Assembly: GCF_054482595.1 (NCBI RefSeq)
Contig: NZ_CM137008.1
Length of the DNA: 64,000 bases
Direction: 5' to 3' (one strand)
Below are positions 9,660 through 20,349 of this stretch, piece after piece. The notes under the pieces were generated by a model, which had not been told where the DNA came from, ran no database searches, and saw only the letters and a list, made by a program, of their open reading frames with translations. Each line of letters opens with the position of its first letter. Positions within the stretch are counted from its first letter, which is position 1. The position numbers and the translations under genes are program-made.

Positions 9660-10220
9660 ATGTTTTCTACTTTCAAAAAAGCAGCTCTGCTGGCAGCTAT
9701 TGCATTACCTTTTTCAACTATGGCTGCGCCTACAGTCACTTTTCAGGGTGAAGTAACCGATCAGACCTGTTCCGTAAATATCAACGGTCAAACCAATTCA
9801 GTAGTATTGATGCCGACCGTAGCCATGGCTGACTTCGGTGCAACTTTAGCTGATGGTCAGAGCGCAGGCCAGACGCCGTTTACGGTTTCTGTGTCTAACT
9901 GCCAGGCTCCAACTGGTGCAGATCAGGCAATCAACACCACCTTCCTGGGCTACGACGTTGACGCTAACACGGGAGTTATGGGAAACCGTGATACCAGCAG
10001 CGACGCGGCGAAAGGCTTTGGCATTCAGTTAATGGATTCCAGCACTTCTGGTAACCCAGTAACTCTGGCTGGCGCGACTAACGTACCGGGTCTGACCCTG
10101 AAAGTTGGCGATACTGAAGCCAGCTATGACTTCGGTGCGCGTTACTTCGTTATCGATAGCGCAGCTGCCACTGCCGGTAAAATTACCGCTGTCGCAGAAT
10201 ACACCCTGAGCTACCTCTAA
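9660..10220 (+). CDS. fimbrial major subunit (pilin)
   Basis: 186-aa ORF with signal peptide MFSTFKKAALLAAIALPFSTMA, conserved Cys pair (DQTCSV / VSNCQA), Gly/Thr/Ala-rich, C-terminal beta-strand YTLSYL. Confidence 0.8.
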   Translation: MFSTFKKAALLAAIALPFSTMAAPTVTFQGEVTDQTCSVNINGQTNSVVLMPTVAMADFGATLADGQSAGQTPFTVSVSNCQAPTGADQAINTTFLGYDVDANTGVMGNRDTSSDAAKGFGIQLMDSSTSGNPVTLAGATNVPGLTLKVGDTEASYDFGARYFVIDSAAATAGKITAVAEYTLSYL

Positions 10221-10284
10221 TTAATCTACTGGCTGGCAGTAAATGTCAGCCAGTATTTCTTCGCACAATTAATAGTGATTTTTC

Positions 10285-11007
10285 ATGGACATGGAAAAGA
10301 TAAGAATGAACATTTTTGCATATTTACTGGTACTTGTATTTTCCATGAGCATGAGCAGCAGCGCGTTTGCCAGCGTGGTAATGACCGGAACCCGTATTAT
10401 TTTCCCTGGTGACGCAAAGGAAAAAACCATCCAGTTGCGAAATACCAGCGATCAGCCCTATATCATTAATATCCATGTTGAGGATGAACGTGGTTCTGAC
10501 AAGAATGTACCGTTTATGCCAACCCCGCAGACATTTCGCATGGAAGCTGCCGCAGGTCAGGCGTTACGCCTGCTCTACACAGGTGATAATTTACCGCAGG
10601 ATCGCGAGTCTGTTTTCTGGTTTAGTTTCAGTCAACTACCTTATCTGAATAAGAACGATAAAAGTCAGAACCAGCTCATCCTGGCCCTGACTAATCGAGT
10701 CAAAATTTTCTATCGTCCCAGCTCAATTGTCGGTAAATCCAGTGACGCGCCAAAAAACCTGACTTACCAGGTAAAACAGAACCGCATTGAAGTGACGAAT
10801 CCCACGGGCTATTACGTCGTGATTCGCGCCGCTGAACTGCTTAATAACGGTAAAAAAGTCCCCCTCGCGAATTCCGTCATGATTGCTCCTCAAAGCACAA
10901 CTGAATGGACACTACGCTCTGGCATCAGCGTCGCTCCCGGTGCGCAGATTCATTTAGTGACCGTCAATGACTATGGCGTAAATGTCACGTCTGAGCATGC
11001 CTTATAA
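10285..11007 (+). CDS. periplasmic fimbrial chaperone (PapD-like)
   Basis: 240-aa ORF with signal peptide and typical chaperone motifs (RIIFPGD, LPQDRESVFWF, KIFYRP); exact start uncertain (Met at 10285, 10297 or 10312). Confidence 0.8.
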   Translation: MDMEKIRMNIFAYLLVLVFSMSMSSSAFASVVMTGTRIIFPGDAKEKTIQLRNTSDQPYIINIHVEDERGSDKNVPFMPTPQTFRMEAAAGQALRLLYTGDNLPQDRESVFWFSFSQLPYLNKNDKSQNQLILALTNRVKIFYRPSSIVGKSSDAPKNLTYQVKQNRIEVTNPTGYYVVIRAAELLNNGKKVPLANSVMIAPQSTTEWTLRSGISVAPGAQIHLVTVNDYGVNVTSEHAL

Positions 11008-11059
11008 GCTCTTTCCCCTTTTTTGAGCGGTATCCTTTTTCACGCACGAGTATGTCGAG

Positions 11060-13582
11060 ATGAATAAATCCGTTGTGTCAATTTCTGCGGCAATATTGGT
11101 TTTACTCTGCCAGCCGGTTATGGGGAAAGAAATCTCACCCGCTACACCGTCAGATGAAGACAACTACACCTTTGACCCGCAACTCTTCCGCGGCAGCAGA
11201 TTTAGTCAGTCGTCATTGGCAAAACTGACAACTCGTGAGTCTGTTGCACCGGGCAATTATAAAATGGATATCTATACCAACAATAAGTTGTCAGGTAGTT
11301 GGAATGTCACGTTTAAAGAAGCCGCTGATGGTCGCGTTCTGCCCTGCCTGACGCCTGAAGTCGCGGACGCGATAGGCCTCAAAACAGGGGAAGATAAGGG
11401 TGAAAAAGATCCGGTCTGTACCTTTGCTCAGGAACTCGCTCCCGGCATCACCAGCCAGACACAGTTGTCACAACTGCGCCTTGACTTGTCGGTGCCTCAG
11501 AGTCAAATGATTAGTCGCCCTCGCGGCTATGTCCCCCCCAGCGAGCTGGATACCGGAGCATCGCTGGCGTTCATGAATTATATTGCCAACTATTACAACG
11601 TTGCCTATTCAGGGCAGAATGCTCATAGCCAGCGTTCGCTATGGGCATCATTTAATGGTGGCATCAACCTTGGTGCCTGGCAATATCGTCAGTTATCCAA
11701 CATGACCTGGGATAATGACAAAGGGAATCAGTGGAACAATATTCGTAGCTATTTGCAACGCCCGCTGCCCGCCATAAATAGTCAATTAATGATAGGGCAA
11801 CTTATCACCAGCGGAAGATTTTTCTCTGGACTCAGTTATCACGGCGTTAGTCTCGCGACCGATGAACGTATGCTGCCGGACTCCATGCGCGGCTATGCGC
11901 CGACTATTCGCGGCGTGGCTGCAACAAACGCCAGAGTCTCGGTAATGCAAAACGGTCATGAAATTTATCAGACTACCGTGGCTCCAGGCCCTTTCGAAAT
12001 AAACGACCTATACCCCACCAGCTACAGCGGCGATCTGGATGTCACCGTTACGGAAGCTAATGGCGCAGTCAGTCGTTTCAGTGTCCCCTTTTCAGCCGTA
12101 CCAGAATCGATGCGTCCAGGAACTTCCCGTTATAACGTGGAAGTAGGTAAAACGCAGGATAGCGGTGATGACTCGATGTTTGGTGACCTCACCTGGCAGC
12201 ACGGGATGACTAATACGCTGACATTTAACAGTGGCTCGCGTATCGCTGATGGCTACCAGGCGCTGATGCTTGGCGGAGTCTATGGCAGTACGCTGGGGGC
12301 ATTTGGGGCAAACCTCACTTGGTCCCATGCGCGTGTTCCTGAAAGCGAAGCGCAGAGTGGTTGGATGTCGCAATTAACCTGGAGTAAAACTTTCCAGCCA
12401 ACGTCAACCACCGTCTCCCTAGCAGGTTATCGATACTCTACCAGCGGCTATCGTGATCTGGCTGATGTGCCGGGAGAGCGTCAAGCTGCCAGCAATAAAC
12501 AGTCATGGGACTCCAGCCAGTGGCGTCAACAGTCGCGCTTCGATCTTACGTTAAGTCAGAGCCTTGCGAATTACGGCAACCTGTTTGTGTCAGGTTCAAC
12601 ACAGAACTACCGTGGCGGCAAGAGCCGTGATACCCAGCTTCAGTTAGGTTACAGCAATAGCTTTAGCCATGGCATCAGTATGAACCTTTCCGTCGGACGC
12701 CAAAGAATGGGCGGCTATAAAGACAATTCTGATGATATGCAGACGGTAACGTCCCTTTCATTCTCATTCCCACTTGGCGGCAATGGACCTCGTGTACCAA
12801 GTCTTAGCAACAGCTGGACCCATTCAACTGACGGTAGCTCGCAATTACAAAGCTCGCTAACCGGAATGCTTGATGAAGCGCAGAGCACCAACTACAGCCT
12901 GAACGTCATGCGCGATCAACAGTATAAGCAGACGACGCTAAGCGGAAACATGCAAAAACGTTTTTCACAAACAACCGTCGGATTGAACGCATCGAAGGGC
13001 CAGGATTACTGGCAGGCTTCCGGAAACGTACAAGGTGCGATGGCCGTACATGGTGGCGGCGTTACTTTCGGACCTTATCTGGGTGAAACGTTCGCCCTGG
13101 TCGAAGCTAAAGGCGCTGAAGGTGCAAAAGTCTATAACTCCAGTCAGCTGGAAATTAATGACAGTGGTTATGCGCTTGTTCCGGCAGTAACGCCCTATCG
13201 CTACAACCGTATATCTCTTGATCCACAAGGAATGGATGGCGATGCCGAGTTGGTCGACAGTGAAAAACAGGTAGCACCGGTTGCAGGTGCGGCGGTGAAA
13301 GTAGTCTTCCGTACCCGTCCTGGTAAAGCGCTGCTGATTAAATCCCGCATGGCAGATGGTTCGGAACTGCCAATGGGAGCCGATGTGCTGGATGAGAATA
13401 ATACAGTCGTCGGTATAGCCGGTCAGGGGGGGCAAATTTACCTCCGCACAGAACAGACAAAAGGCCATTTGTCAGTTCGCTGGGGTGAAGGTGCTAACGA
13501 TAGCTGCCAATTGCCCTTTGATATCAGCGGGAAAGACAGCAATAGCCCTATCATCCGCCTGAATGAAACCTGTCAGTCTTGA
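11060..13582 (+). CDS. fimbrial outer-membrane usher
   Basis: 840-aa ORF, signal peptide, size and position between chaperone and adhesin genes typical of ushers. Confidence 0.85.
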   Translation: MNKSVVSISAAILVLLCQPVMGKEISPATPSDEDNYTFDPQLFRGSRFSQSSLAKLTTRESVAPGNYKMDIYTNNKLSGSWNVTFKEAADGRVLPCLTPEVADAIGLKTGEDKGEKDPVCTFAQELAPGITSQTQLSQLRLDLSVPQSQMISRPRGYVPPSELDTGASLAFMNYIANYYNVAYSGQNAHSQRSLWASFNGGINLGAWQYRQLSNMTWDNDKGNQWNNIRSYLQRPLPAINSQLMIGQLITSGRFFSGLSYHGVSLATDERMLPDSMRGYAPTIRGVAATNARVSVMQNGHEIYQTTVAPGPFEINDLYPTSYSGDLDVTVTEANGAVSRFSVPFSAVPESMRPGTSRYNVEVGKTQDSGDDSMFGDLTWQHGMTNTLTFNSGSRIADGYQALMLGGVYGSTLGAFGANLTWSHARVPESEAQSGWMSQLTWSKTFQPTSTTVSLAGYRYSTSGYRDLADVPGERQAASNKQSWDSSQWRQQSRFDLTLSQSLANYGNLFVSGSTQNYRGGKSRDTQLQLGYSNSFSHGISMNLSVGRQRMGGYKDNSDDMQTVTSLSFSFPLGGNGPRVPSLSNSWTHSTDGSSQLQSSLTGMLDEAQSTNYSLNVMRDQQYKQTTLSGNMQKRFSQTTVGLNASKGQDYWQASGNVQGAMAVHGGGVTFGPYLGETFALVEAKGAEGAKVYNSSQLEINDSGYALVPAVTPYRYNRISLDPQGMDGDAELVDSEKQVAPVAGAAVKVVFRTRPGKALLIKSRMADGSELPMGADVLDENNTVVGIAGQGGQIYLRTEQTKGHLSVRWGEGANDSCQLPFDISGKDSNSPIIRLNETCQS

Positions 13583-13597
13583 TACAGAGAAAACCCG

Positions 13598-14932
13598 ATG
13601 TCTAAATCGACTTTTTTACACATTCTGATTAGCTCCATCATATTGGTGGCACTAATACAATCATCCGCCTGGGCTAACTGTACAAACACACAGATAGGTC
13701 AAACTGAAGATGGTCGGACAGCGCTTATTGAGTTCGGAAAAATTAATATGACCGACACCTATTTTGCGCCAGCAGGTTCACTCCTCGCGACAACGGTCGT
13801 ACCTCCCACTAACTACACATCAGGTGGCGCGACAGGAAGCTCCGTATTGTGGGAATGTGATGCAACAGATTTGCCAAACATCTATTTTCTGGTCGCTACC
13901 AATGGCGACGACCGCGTGGGGGGCTTTTATGATGCAGGCGGGCCTGATGGTTTGAGTGATGTCTATGCCACCTGGTTCGCTTTTGTCGGTCTCAAACAGA
14001 CCATGGCGGGCGTGACGCTTGGTCGTTACTGGAAGAAAGTGCCCATCACCAGTTATGCCACTCAGGGAACTAAAATCCAGATCCGCTTACAGGATATCCC
14101 TCCTCTTCATGCTGAGCTTTATCGCATCAGTACACTACCTGATACATCAGCAACAACAAGTTGGTGCGGTAATAATAATACAGATGGTAGTGGAGTCGGA
14201 TTCGCAAAACCTTCCGGTACAATCTATAACTGTGTTCAGCCCAATGCCTATATTCAGCTTTCCGGTACCAGCGGCATTTTATTTGGTCATGATGAGCCCG
14301 GCGAAGATAGTTCTGTTCATTGGGATTTCTGGGGGGCTGATAATGGTTTTGGTTACGGAATGCGATCGGCAAATCGACTCTACAACAATGCCACCTGCGT
14401 TGCCCGCAGCGCCACGCCGTTAGTATTGCTACCGACAATTGCAGAAGCACAACTGAATGCGGGCATGGAAAGTACCGGTAATTTTAATGTCCGCGTCGAG
14501 TGTAGTAACTCGGTTCAATCAGGGATTAGCGATACTCAGACAGCATTAGGAATCCAGGTGTCTGAAGGTGCATATACAGCGGCGCAAAAACTGGGGATTA
14601 TCAATAGCAACGGCGGCGTCAGCGCCCTGGTCTCTGATAATTATGACGCAGTAGAGATGGCAAAGGGCGTTGGGATCTACATTTCTAACAGTGCTCACCC
14701 CGATACGGCGATGACGCTGGTTGGTCAACCGGGCATCGCGAAGTTAACCCCCGGAGGAAATGCAGCGGGGTGGTATCCTGTATTTGAAGGGGCAACATTA
14801 GAAGGTGCGACTCACCCCGGATACTCCAGCTATAGTTACTCTTTTATCGCCCGGTTGAAGAAACTGCCAAATCAGACAGTCAGTGCGGGAAAAGTGCGGG
14901 CAACGGCTTATATATTGGTGAAAATGCAATGA
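13598..14932 (+). CDS. putative fimbrial tip adhesin / minor subunit
   Basis: 444-aa secreted protein (signal peptide) located after usher; two-domain size typical of tip adhesins; overlaps next gene by ATGA. Confidence 0.5.
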   Translation: MSKSTFLHILISSIILVALIQSSAWANCTNTQIGQTEDGRTALIEFGKINMTDTYFAPAGSLLATTVVPPTNYTSGGATGSSVLWECDATDLPNIYFLVATNGDDRVGGFYDAGGPDGLSDVYATWFAFVGLKQTMAGVTLGRYWKKVPITSYATQGTKIQIRLQDIPPLHAELYRISTLPDTSATTSWCGNNNTDGSGVGFAKPSGTIYNCVQPNAYIQLSGTSGILFGHDEPGEDSSVHWDFWGADNGFGYGMRSANRLYNNATCVARSATPLVLLPTIAEAQLNAGMESTGNFNVRVECSNSVQSGISDTQTALGIQVSEGAYTAAQKLGIINSNGGVSALVSDNYDAVEMAKGVGIYISNSAHPDTAMTLVGQPGIAKLTPGGNAAGWYPVFEGATLEGATHPGYSSYSYSFIARLKKLPNQTVSAGKVRATAYILVKMQ

Positions 14933-15618
14933 AATCCGTTTTGCTGCTCTTAACCGTCTTGTTCGTACAGTCAGTGGAAGCCGGCATCATGCCGGCTTCT
15001 TCACGGATGATTTATCGCGATGGCGATCGGGAAAAGACGCTGATGTTGGTCAATACCAATGACTACCCGGTACTGGTGCAAAGTTGGGTAGATAATGGTG
15101 AAAGTTCCCCAGAAGCTGCTTCTCCCCCCTTTGTGGTGCTGCCACCGGTTTTCCGCCTGGCTGCGAGACGAACACAGGGATTGCGGATAATCTATAATCA
15201 TGACCCACTTCCCCAGGATCGCGAATCTGCATTCTGGTTAAATCTTTATGAAATGCCGCCAGAAACTCCCCATCAAGATCCCACACATTTAACGCTGGCA
15301 ATGAATACGCAACTTAAAGTCTTTTACAGACCTAAATCTGTAACTATGACACCTGAAGAAGCTATGCGTAAAATAAGTTGGCATTTGGGTAACGACGGCA
15401 GCAGCAGCTATATTGAGCTTAATAACCCAACACCACTGAATATCTCTTTCACCTCCATCAGCATTGGGACTACAAAGGTGCAGCAAGAAAGCGATATGAT
15501 GATAAAACCCTTCAGTCAACGACGGTACTGGTTAGCAAGTAATAACGTTAGTGGGATCGTTACTGCGACATATCTCGATGATAATGGTGCACAGATAAAG
15601 CAACAATTAGCGCAATAA
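14929..15618 (+). CDS. second periplasmic fimbrial chaperone (PapD-like)
   Basis: 229-aa ORF; motifs RMIYRDGD, LPQDRESAFWL, KVFYRP parallel the first chaperone. Confidence 0.75.
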   Translation: MKSVLLLLTVLFVQSVEAGIMPASSRMIYRDGDREKTLMLVNTNDYPVLVQSWVDNGESSPEAASPPFVVLPPVFRLAARRTQGLRIIYNHDPLPQDRESAFWLNLYEMPPETPHQDPTHLTLAMNTQLKVFYRPKSVTMTPEEAMRKISWHLGNDGSSSYIELNNPTPLNISFTSISIGTTKVQQESDMMIKPFSQRRYWLASNNVSGIVTATYLDDNGAQIKQQLAQ

Positions 15619-15695
15619 TGCTCTGAGTGGTATGTAAACTCATCGCGATGGTTCAACGCTAACGAATAACCACTATACCCACCTGAAGTACCGGA

Positions 15696-15730
15696 AGTGG
15701 AGAAATGACAAAATCTCTCCACTCCATTTT
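15696..15730 (+). terminator. possible intrinsic terminator downstream of fimbrial operon
   Basis: 7-bp stem GTGGAGA...TCTCCAC followed by T-rich TCCATTTTCC; weak. Confidence 0.3.
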
Positions 15731-15763
15731 CCAGTCAAAACACCTCAACGCAGCCAAAAATCG

Positions 15764-16555
15764 TTAACGAATTGAATATCCACCATCAATGACTAATAGT
15801 TGTCCATTGACATAATCTGAAGCGGCACTGGCGAGGAACACCATTGCGCCCATAAGATCCTGTGCCCTTCCCCAGCGTTGAGCCGGTATACGCCCTTTTA
15901 TTAACTCTTTTATTTTAGGGTTATTATAAATAATAGCGGTCATTTCACTCACATAATATCCTGGGGCGATACCATTAATCTGAATATTATATTCCGCAAA
16001 ATCATCGGCATACGCTTTGGTCAGCCCCGCTAAAGCATGTTTAGTCGCCGCATACCCTGGCGACCAACGTCCACCATGAAATGACAATACGGAACACATA
16101 TTAATAATTTTCCCTTTTCTTTGCGGGACAAATATATTCAATGCGGCCTGGCTCATATCGAATGCAGCATTCAGGTTGAGATTAATCATCGGATCCCAGT
16201 CGTTTCGATTGAAATCGATAGGACGATTAATGTTACACACGCCCGCGTTATTGACCAGAATATCTAACTGACCGAAACGCTCCAGACACCTATTAATAAT
16301 GGTACATGCTGCATCAGGTTTTGTTATGTCAATTGTCATAAACTCAACTTCAACGCCTTCATGAGTTAAATGCTTTAAATATTTATTATCAGGCTCTTTG
16401 ATGTCTACCAACAACAGATTAGCCCCTGCTTTGGCCAGAGCCGAGCATAAGCCTCTCCCCAGTTCACCCGCGGCCCCAGTTACGATGGCCACCTTGTTAT
16501 GTAATGAAAAAAAATCCAATGAAAAATCTTCAATAGAAAAGCTCATATCACACAT
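15764..16555 (-). CDS. short-chain dehydrogenase/reductase (KduD/FabG-like)
   Basis: 263-aa ORF; Rossmann motif VTGAAGELGRG, NNAG, catalytic YAATK. Confidence 0.8.
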   Translation of the reverse strand: MCDMSFSIEDFSLDFFSLHNKVAIVTGAAGELGRGLCSALAKAGANLLLVDIKEPDNKYLKHLTHEGVEVEFMTIDITKPDAACTIINRCLERFGQLDILVNNAGVCNINRPIDFNRNDWDPMINLNLNAAFDMSQAALNIFVPQRKGKIINMCSVLSFHGGRWSPGYAATKHALAGLTKAYADDFAEYNIQINGIAPGYYVSEMTAIIYNNPKIKELIKGRIPAQRWGRAQDLMGAMVFLASAASDYVNGQLLVIDGGYSIR

Positions 16556-17232
16556 TGCTCCTTATGAGTAAGTAATATTTAAGGGATAATTTAAGTAATT
16601 TTTAGATATCAATAAAAAAATATAAACGTTAAAACTCAGCATGAATAATAAACATCAAATCTTATATACATTTAAGTAGTGATGTATCACGTAATAATAT
16701 AGTCATCATAGATGTTATGCAGTACGCACAAAAAAACAGGCTGGATTTGCTTGCTGATTTATAATCTTTATCTAAATTACTATTAGCGCTTTGGATAATA
16801 ACATAAGCATATATTACCTCCTAGCAATAATAGACATAACCTCATATCAAGGTGTCACTGGCAAATAATCGGATAAAAGACAGCATCGGTCGGCGCATAG
16901 AGCTTCTTCTATTTCACCAGAAGTGCACAGCAGGGAACTACCAATCACACGGTTAGTGTCTTGGGTGGAGGATGCGACCCGTTCTTTCCCTATAACGGGG
17001 ATACGCAGTTTCTATCAGTACATGCAGAAAACCCCTAATTCACATCACTGCAGAAAGCATTTAATAGAAATATACATCGTTTAAGAATTTCAATTAAATC
17101 AAGATTATTCTTAAAAATCAGATAATTCACATTTGCATTTTTAGGAAATTATACTATAGTGCACTTAATGTTCTTGCCTTTATTTTCTGAGTAATACTGG
17201 ATTTGTAATACACAACTAAGGTATAAAATGTA

Positions 17233-18045
17233 ATGATCTACATTATAAATGATGAAGTAAGATTCAACTCATCATCTAATAAGTTAACATCACTCCTTAC
17301 ATCAGAGGAAGTGATACTCAATTATCCTGCGGGAAAATGCTTAAAGTTACTTTTAGATAACGCTTATAGTGTCGTGTCACACAATCAATTCTTTGAAAAA
17401 GTCTGGAGCGATAGCAGTGCCGAAGTCGCAACCAACACTTTATATCAAAATATATCGATGATAAGGCGTTCCTTTCGTGAAATCAGCTCAGCGACGATAT
17501 TTAATGATGTTATCAGAACGGTGCCACGTAAAGGCTTCAAAATCAATGAAGAAATCAACATAACTGTTCTCGACAATAATCACAATGAGAATGAAAGTGT
17601 TGAGAGTGAAGAGAATGGCACCCATACTGAAAATATAAATAAAAATCACGTTGCAAAAGGTATATTTACCACAAAGAATACATTGCTTATAGTTTCTTTT
17701 TTTGCAGCATGGGGGATAGTGTATATATCTTCTTATTTTTTCGATATGGCTTTTCAAAGCAAATCCCACACTATAAAAAAAATAGATGCTTTCTCAAATT
17801 ATGCTCAACACCCTACTCAGGAAGGGTGTAGCTATTTCTATGACAATAGATATTTTAATTCTGTAGACATGTTATCACCGATTATTGAAAAATTGCAGAA
17901 AATGGAAATTAACTGCAAAATACATCCTTACATTTACATTGCAACAAATGATAGCATGAGCGGGTTTTATGCTTTCACCTGTAGTCAGATGTTAAACTCT
18001 GAATCACCAAATAATTGTAATTCTCTCTATTATAAAGCGGAGTAA
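17233..18045 (+). CDS. ToxR/CadC-like membrane-anchored transcriptional regulator (OmpR-type winged helix + TM + periplasmic domain)
   Basis: N-terminal wHTH resembling CadC/ToxR (VVSHNQFFEKVWSD...TVPRKGFKI), single predicted TM helix (LLIVSFFAAWGIVYISSYFF), C-terminal periplasmic region; SD AAGG upstream. Confidence 0.65.
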   Translation: MIYIINDEVRFNSSSNKLTSLLTSEEVILNYPAGKCLKLLLDNAYSVVSHNQFFEKVWSDSSAEVATNTLYQNISMIRRSFREISSATIFNDVIRTVPRKGFKINEEINITVLDNNHNENESVESEENGTHTENINKNHVAKGIFTTKNTLLIVSFFAAWGIVYISSYFFDMAFQSKSHTIKKIDAFSNYAQHPTQEGCSYFYDNRYFNSVDMLSPIIEKLQKMEINCKIHPYIYIATNDSMSGFYAFTCSQMLNSESPNNCNSLYYKAE

Positions 18046-18049
18046 TCAT

Positions 18050-18541
18050 ATGACTCAAAGATATTTTCTATTTGCGGGAATAATTTTATGTGCTTTTATT
18101 GCAGCAATTCTGAGCCATATTGCGTTTCATCATGCCAATGAACCAGCAGAGCAAAACATATCATGTAATGCCCATGTTATTAATTTCACCGATCATACGA
18201 AAATGGATCAATACTTTTCGTTAAATATGATTTCTGAAAATAACACAGGAAACATGTATCTCACGGGTGCATACACGGTAAATGGAAAAAAAATGGGTTT
18301 CATCCGCCGATATGTGAGTTTTACATACAAGAAATTCCGTGATACCGTTTATTTCACCACTGTTAAAATACAAAAAATACAAAAAGATGATAACATTAGT
18401 GATGAAATCCTTGAAAATATCACTTCTGATTTTTTCATAAAAGTAGACACCTCAATTAATTTTTATGTTACACGTCAAAATGATTACAACTACATATTCT
18501 CTACAGGCAGGACACCACGCTTCATATGTATTTCCCACTAA
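18050..18541 (+). CDS. small membrane-anchored periplasmic protein, possible ToxS-like partner
   Basis: 163-aa ORF 4 bp after the regulator; N-terminal TM helix (YFLFAGIILCAFIAAIL); function inferred only from position. Confidence 0.35.
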   Translation: MTQRYFLFAGIILCAFIAAILSHIAFHHANEPAEQNISCNAHVINFTDHTKMDQYFSLNMISENNTGNMYLTGAYTVNGKKMGFIRRYVSFTYKKFRDTVYFTTVKIQKIQKDDNISDEILENITSDFFIKVDTSINFYVTRQNDYNYIFSTGRTPRFICISH

Positions 18542-18641
18542 CAGTAGTGTTGATCATTGCGCTTGTCATTAGATAATAACCTTCTGATGGCTTTGTTTAT
18601 ATTTTAAGGCAATAAAAAACATTCCAATATTGGTTAATTAT

Positions 18642-20156
18642 TTATCTGTTTACATACCACTGATAAAACTCTGTCGCTTTCATTGGTTTTGCATATAAGT
18701 ATCCCTGAACTAATGTCACGTTATTATGAATAAGATATTCCGCCTGGTGAGGAGTACTGACACCTTCTGCAATCGTTATCAAATTGAGTCGATTACTCAG
18801 CTTAATAATAATATCTAAAACTGGCGTTTCGTCTTCCGCTGTAGTGAGTGTGTCTATAAAGCTTTTATCTATTTTAAGATAATCAACAGACAACTTTTGC
18901 AGAAGGCCAAGGGAACAATATCCCGTGCCAAAATCATCAACTGCAAATTCACAGCCATGGATCCTTAATTCATTTATTTTCTGTAATGCAAGATCAGTAT
19001 CTTCAACCAGATTGCGTTCGGTAATCTCAAGAACAATGTTAAATTTATCAGATATTTCATTTTTAATATGTAAAACATCAGCAACAAAATCAGGATGTGC
19101 AAGATGCTCCGCGGCAATATTTATCCCAAGGTGAAACGGCTTTTTCACTTTCCAGCTTTGTACATCCTGAATAATCAGTTCAAAGAGATGCTTAGTTAAC
19201 GGTATAATTAAATTTTCCTCTTCTGCAGCGCGGATAAAAACTACCGGAGATATATTTTTACCATCTTCGCGTTGCCAACGCATTAACGCCTCAACCCCCA
19301 GACACGCTTTGGTTGTCGTGTCACATACTGGTTGATAATGCACAGAAAATTCTCCGGATGACATTCCTTTCTTAATTTCTTCTGCCAGGGACATTTTCCG
19401 AGATATCCAGCGCTGCCATAAGAAGTACAGAATAAAAGAAAGAAGAATAGATAATGGAAGAATGTAAAATACATTACTAATGACATAGGGATATAATGAA
19501 ATCATCGGCGTAGTAACTGTAAGACTAGCCTGACTGATCGCAGAATTAAAATCTTTTTTTAACATATATAACTTGTCATTATTATTTACACCACTAATAA
19601 TTGCAGGCCCTTCAGTAAAGCTAAGAGAAAATGAATCATCATTCTCATCATCAAGAACATCCATCAGATCATAGATATATCGTGACTCTACAATACTAAA
19701 AGCTGTCATATCATTCCCTATTGGCATAAGGAACACTATGGCTGTTTTACCTGGTACAAAACTTGTACCGCTAATTGATACTATGCGTGATTCTTTATTT
19801 TTATTGTGAAAGCTCGTACCGTAAACATCGTTAACATTCATTTTTTTGAAACCGCTAACTGAAGAACATATTTGGAAATTATTTTCTATAAGACCCGTTG
19901 TTCGTACATAGGGGGTCAATGCTCCGTTAGCAATCAATTGTTCCAGGATATCTTTGCAGGGTTTCATCACCAGAATAGAAGTAAGCTTTGTCGTATGTTT
20001 GACAATTTGCGTAACATTATCAAGCTGTTTTAACAGAATACCGGCGGTAATTGTCGTATCTCGATTCATTTGAAATACTGACATAGCAAACGACAGTAAC
20101 ACCCCCAGAATGCCTGGTATTATAATGAGTACAAACATTTTTTTGTTGAATACCAT
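18642..20156 (-). CDS. CSS-motif domain c-di-GMP phosphodiesterase (EAL domain)
   Basis: Two TM segments flanking a periplasmic domain with Cys residues (KPCKD, QICSSVSG), C-terminal EAL domain with EALMRW and DDFGTG motifs; start placed at MVFNKK with GGGGA SD (ORF track 18642..20252). Confidence 0.8.
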   Translation of the reverse strand: MVFNKKMFVLIIIPGILGVLLSFAMSVFQMNRDTTITAGILLKQLDNVTQIVKHTTKLTSILVMKPCKDILEQLIANGALTPYVRTTGLIENNFQICSSVSGFKKMNVNDVYGTSFHNKNKESRIVSISGTSFVPGKTAIVFLMPIGNDMTAFSIVESRYIYDLMDVLDDENDDSFSLSFTEGPAIISGVNNNDKLYMLKKDFNSAISQASLTVTTPMISLYPYVISNVFYILPLSILLSFILYFLWQRWISRKMSLAEEIKKGMSSGEFSVHYQPVCDTTTKACLGVEALMRWQREDGKNISPVVFIRAAEEENLIIPLTKHLFELIIQDVQSWKVKKPFHLGINIAAEHLAHPDFVADVLHIKNEISDKFNIVLEITERNLVEDTDLALQKINELRIHGCEFAVDDFGTGYCSLGLLQKLSVDYLKIDKSFIDTLTTAEDETPVLDIIIKLSNRLNLITIAEGVSTPHQAEYLIHNNVTLVQGYLYAKPMKATEFYQWYVNR

Positions 20157-20349
20157 ACATGTTTCCCCACGCATCAGGGTGATGCAACCTAAGAAATTAT
20201 AGTACAATTGCCAGTAAAAGCGGGTGATAGCAGACTGATCAATGATAAGCATTTAAGATCATATAGTACTATGATATTTCTGAAAATTGTTACGCAAGTC
20301 TGCGAATAGCTATTTAGCGCTTACCAAAATCACCCGCTTAAATGCCGCT

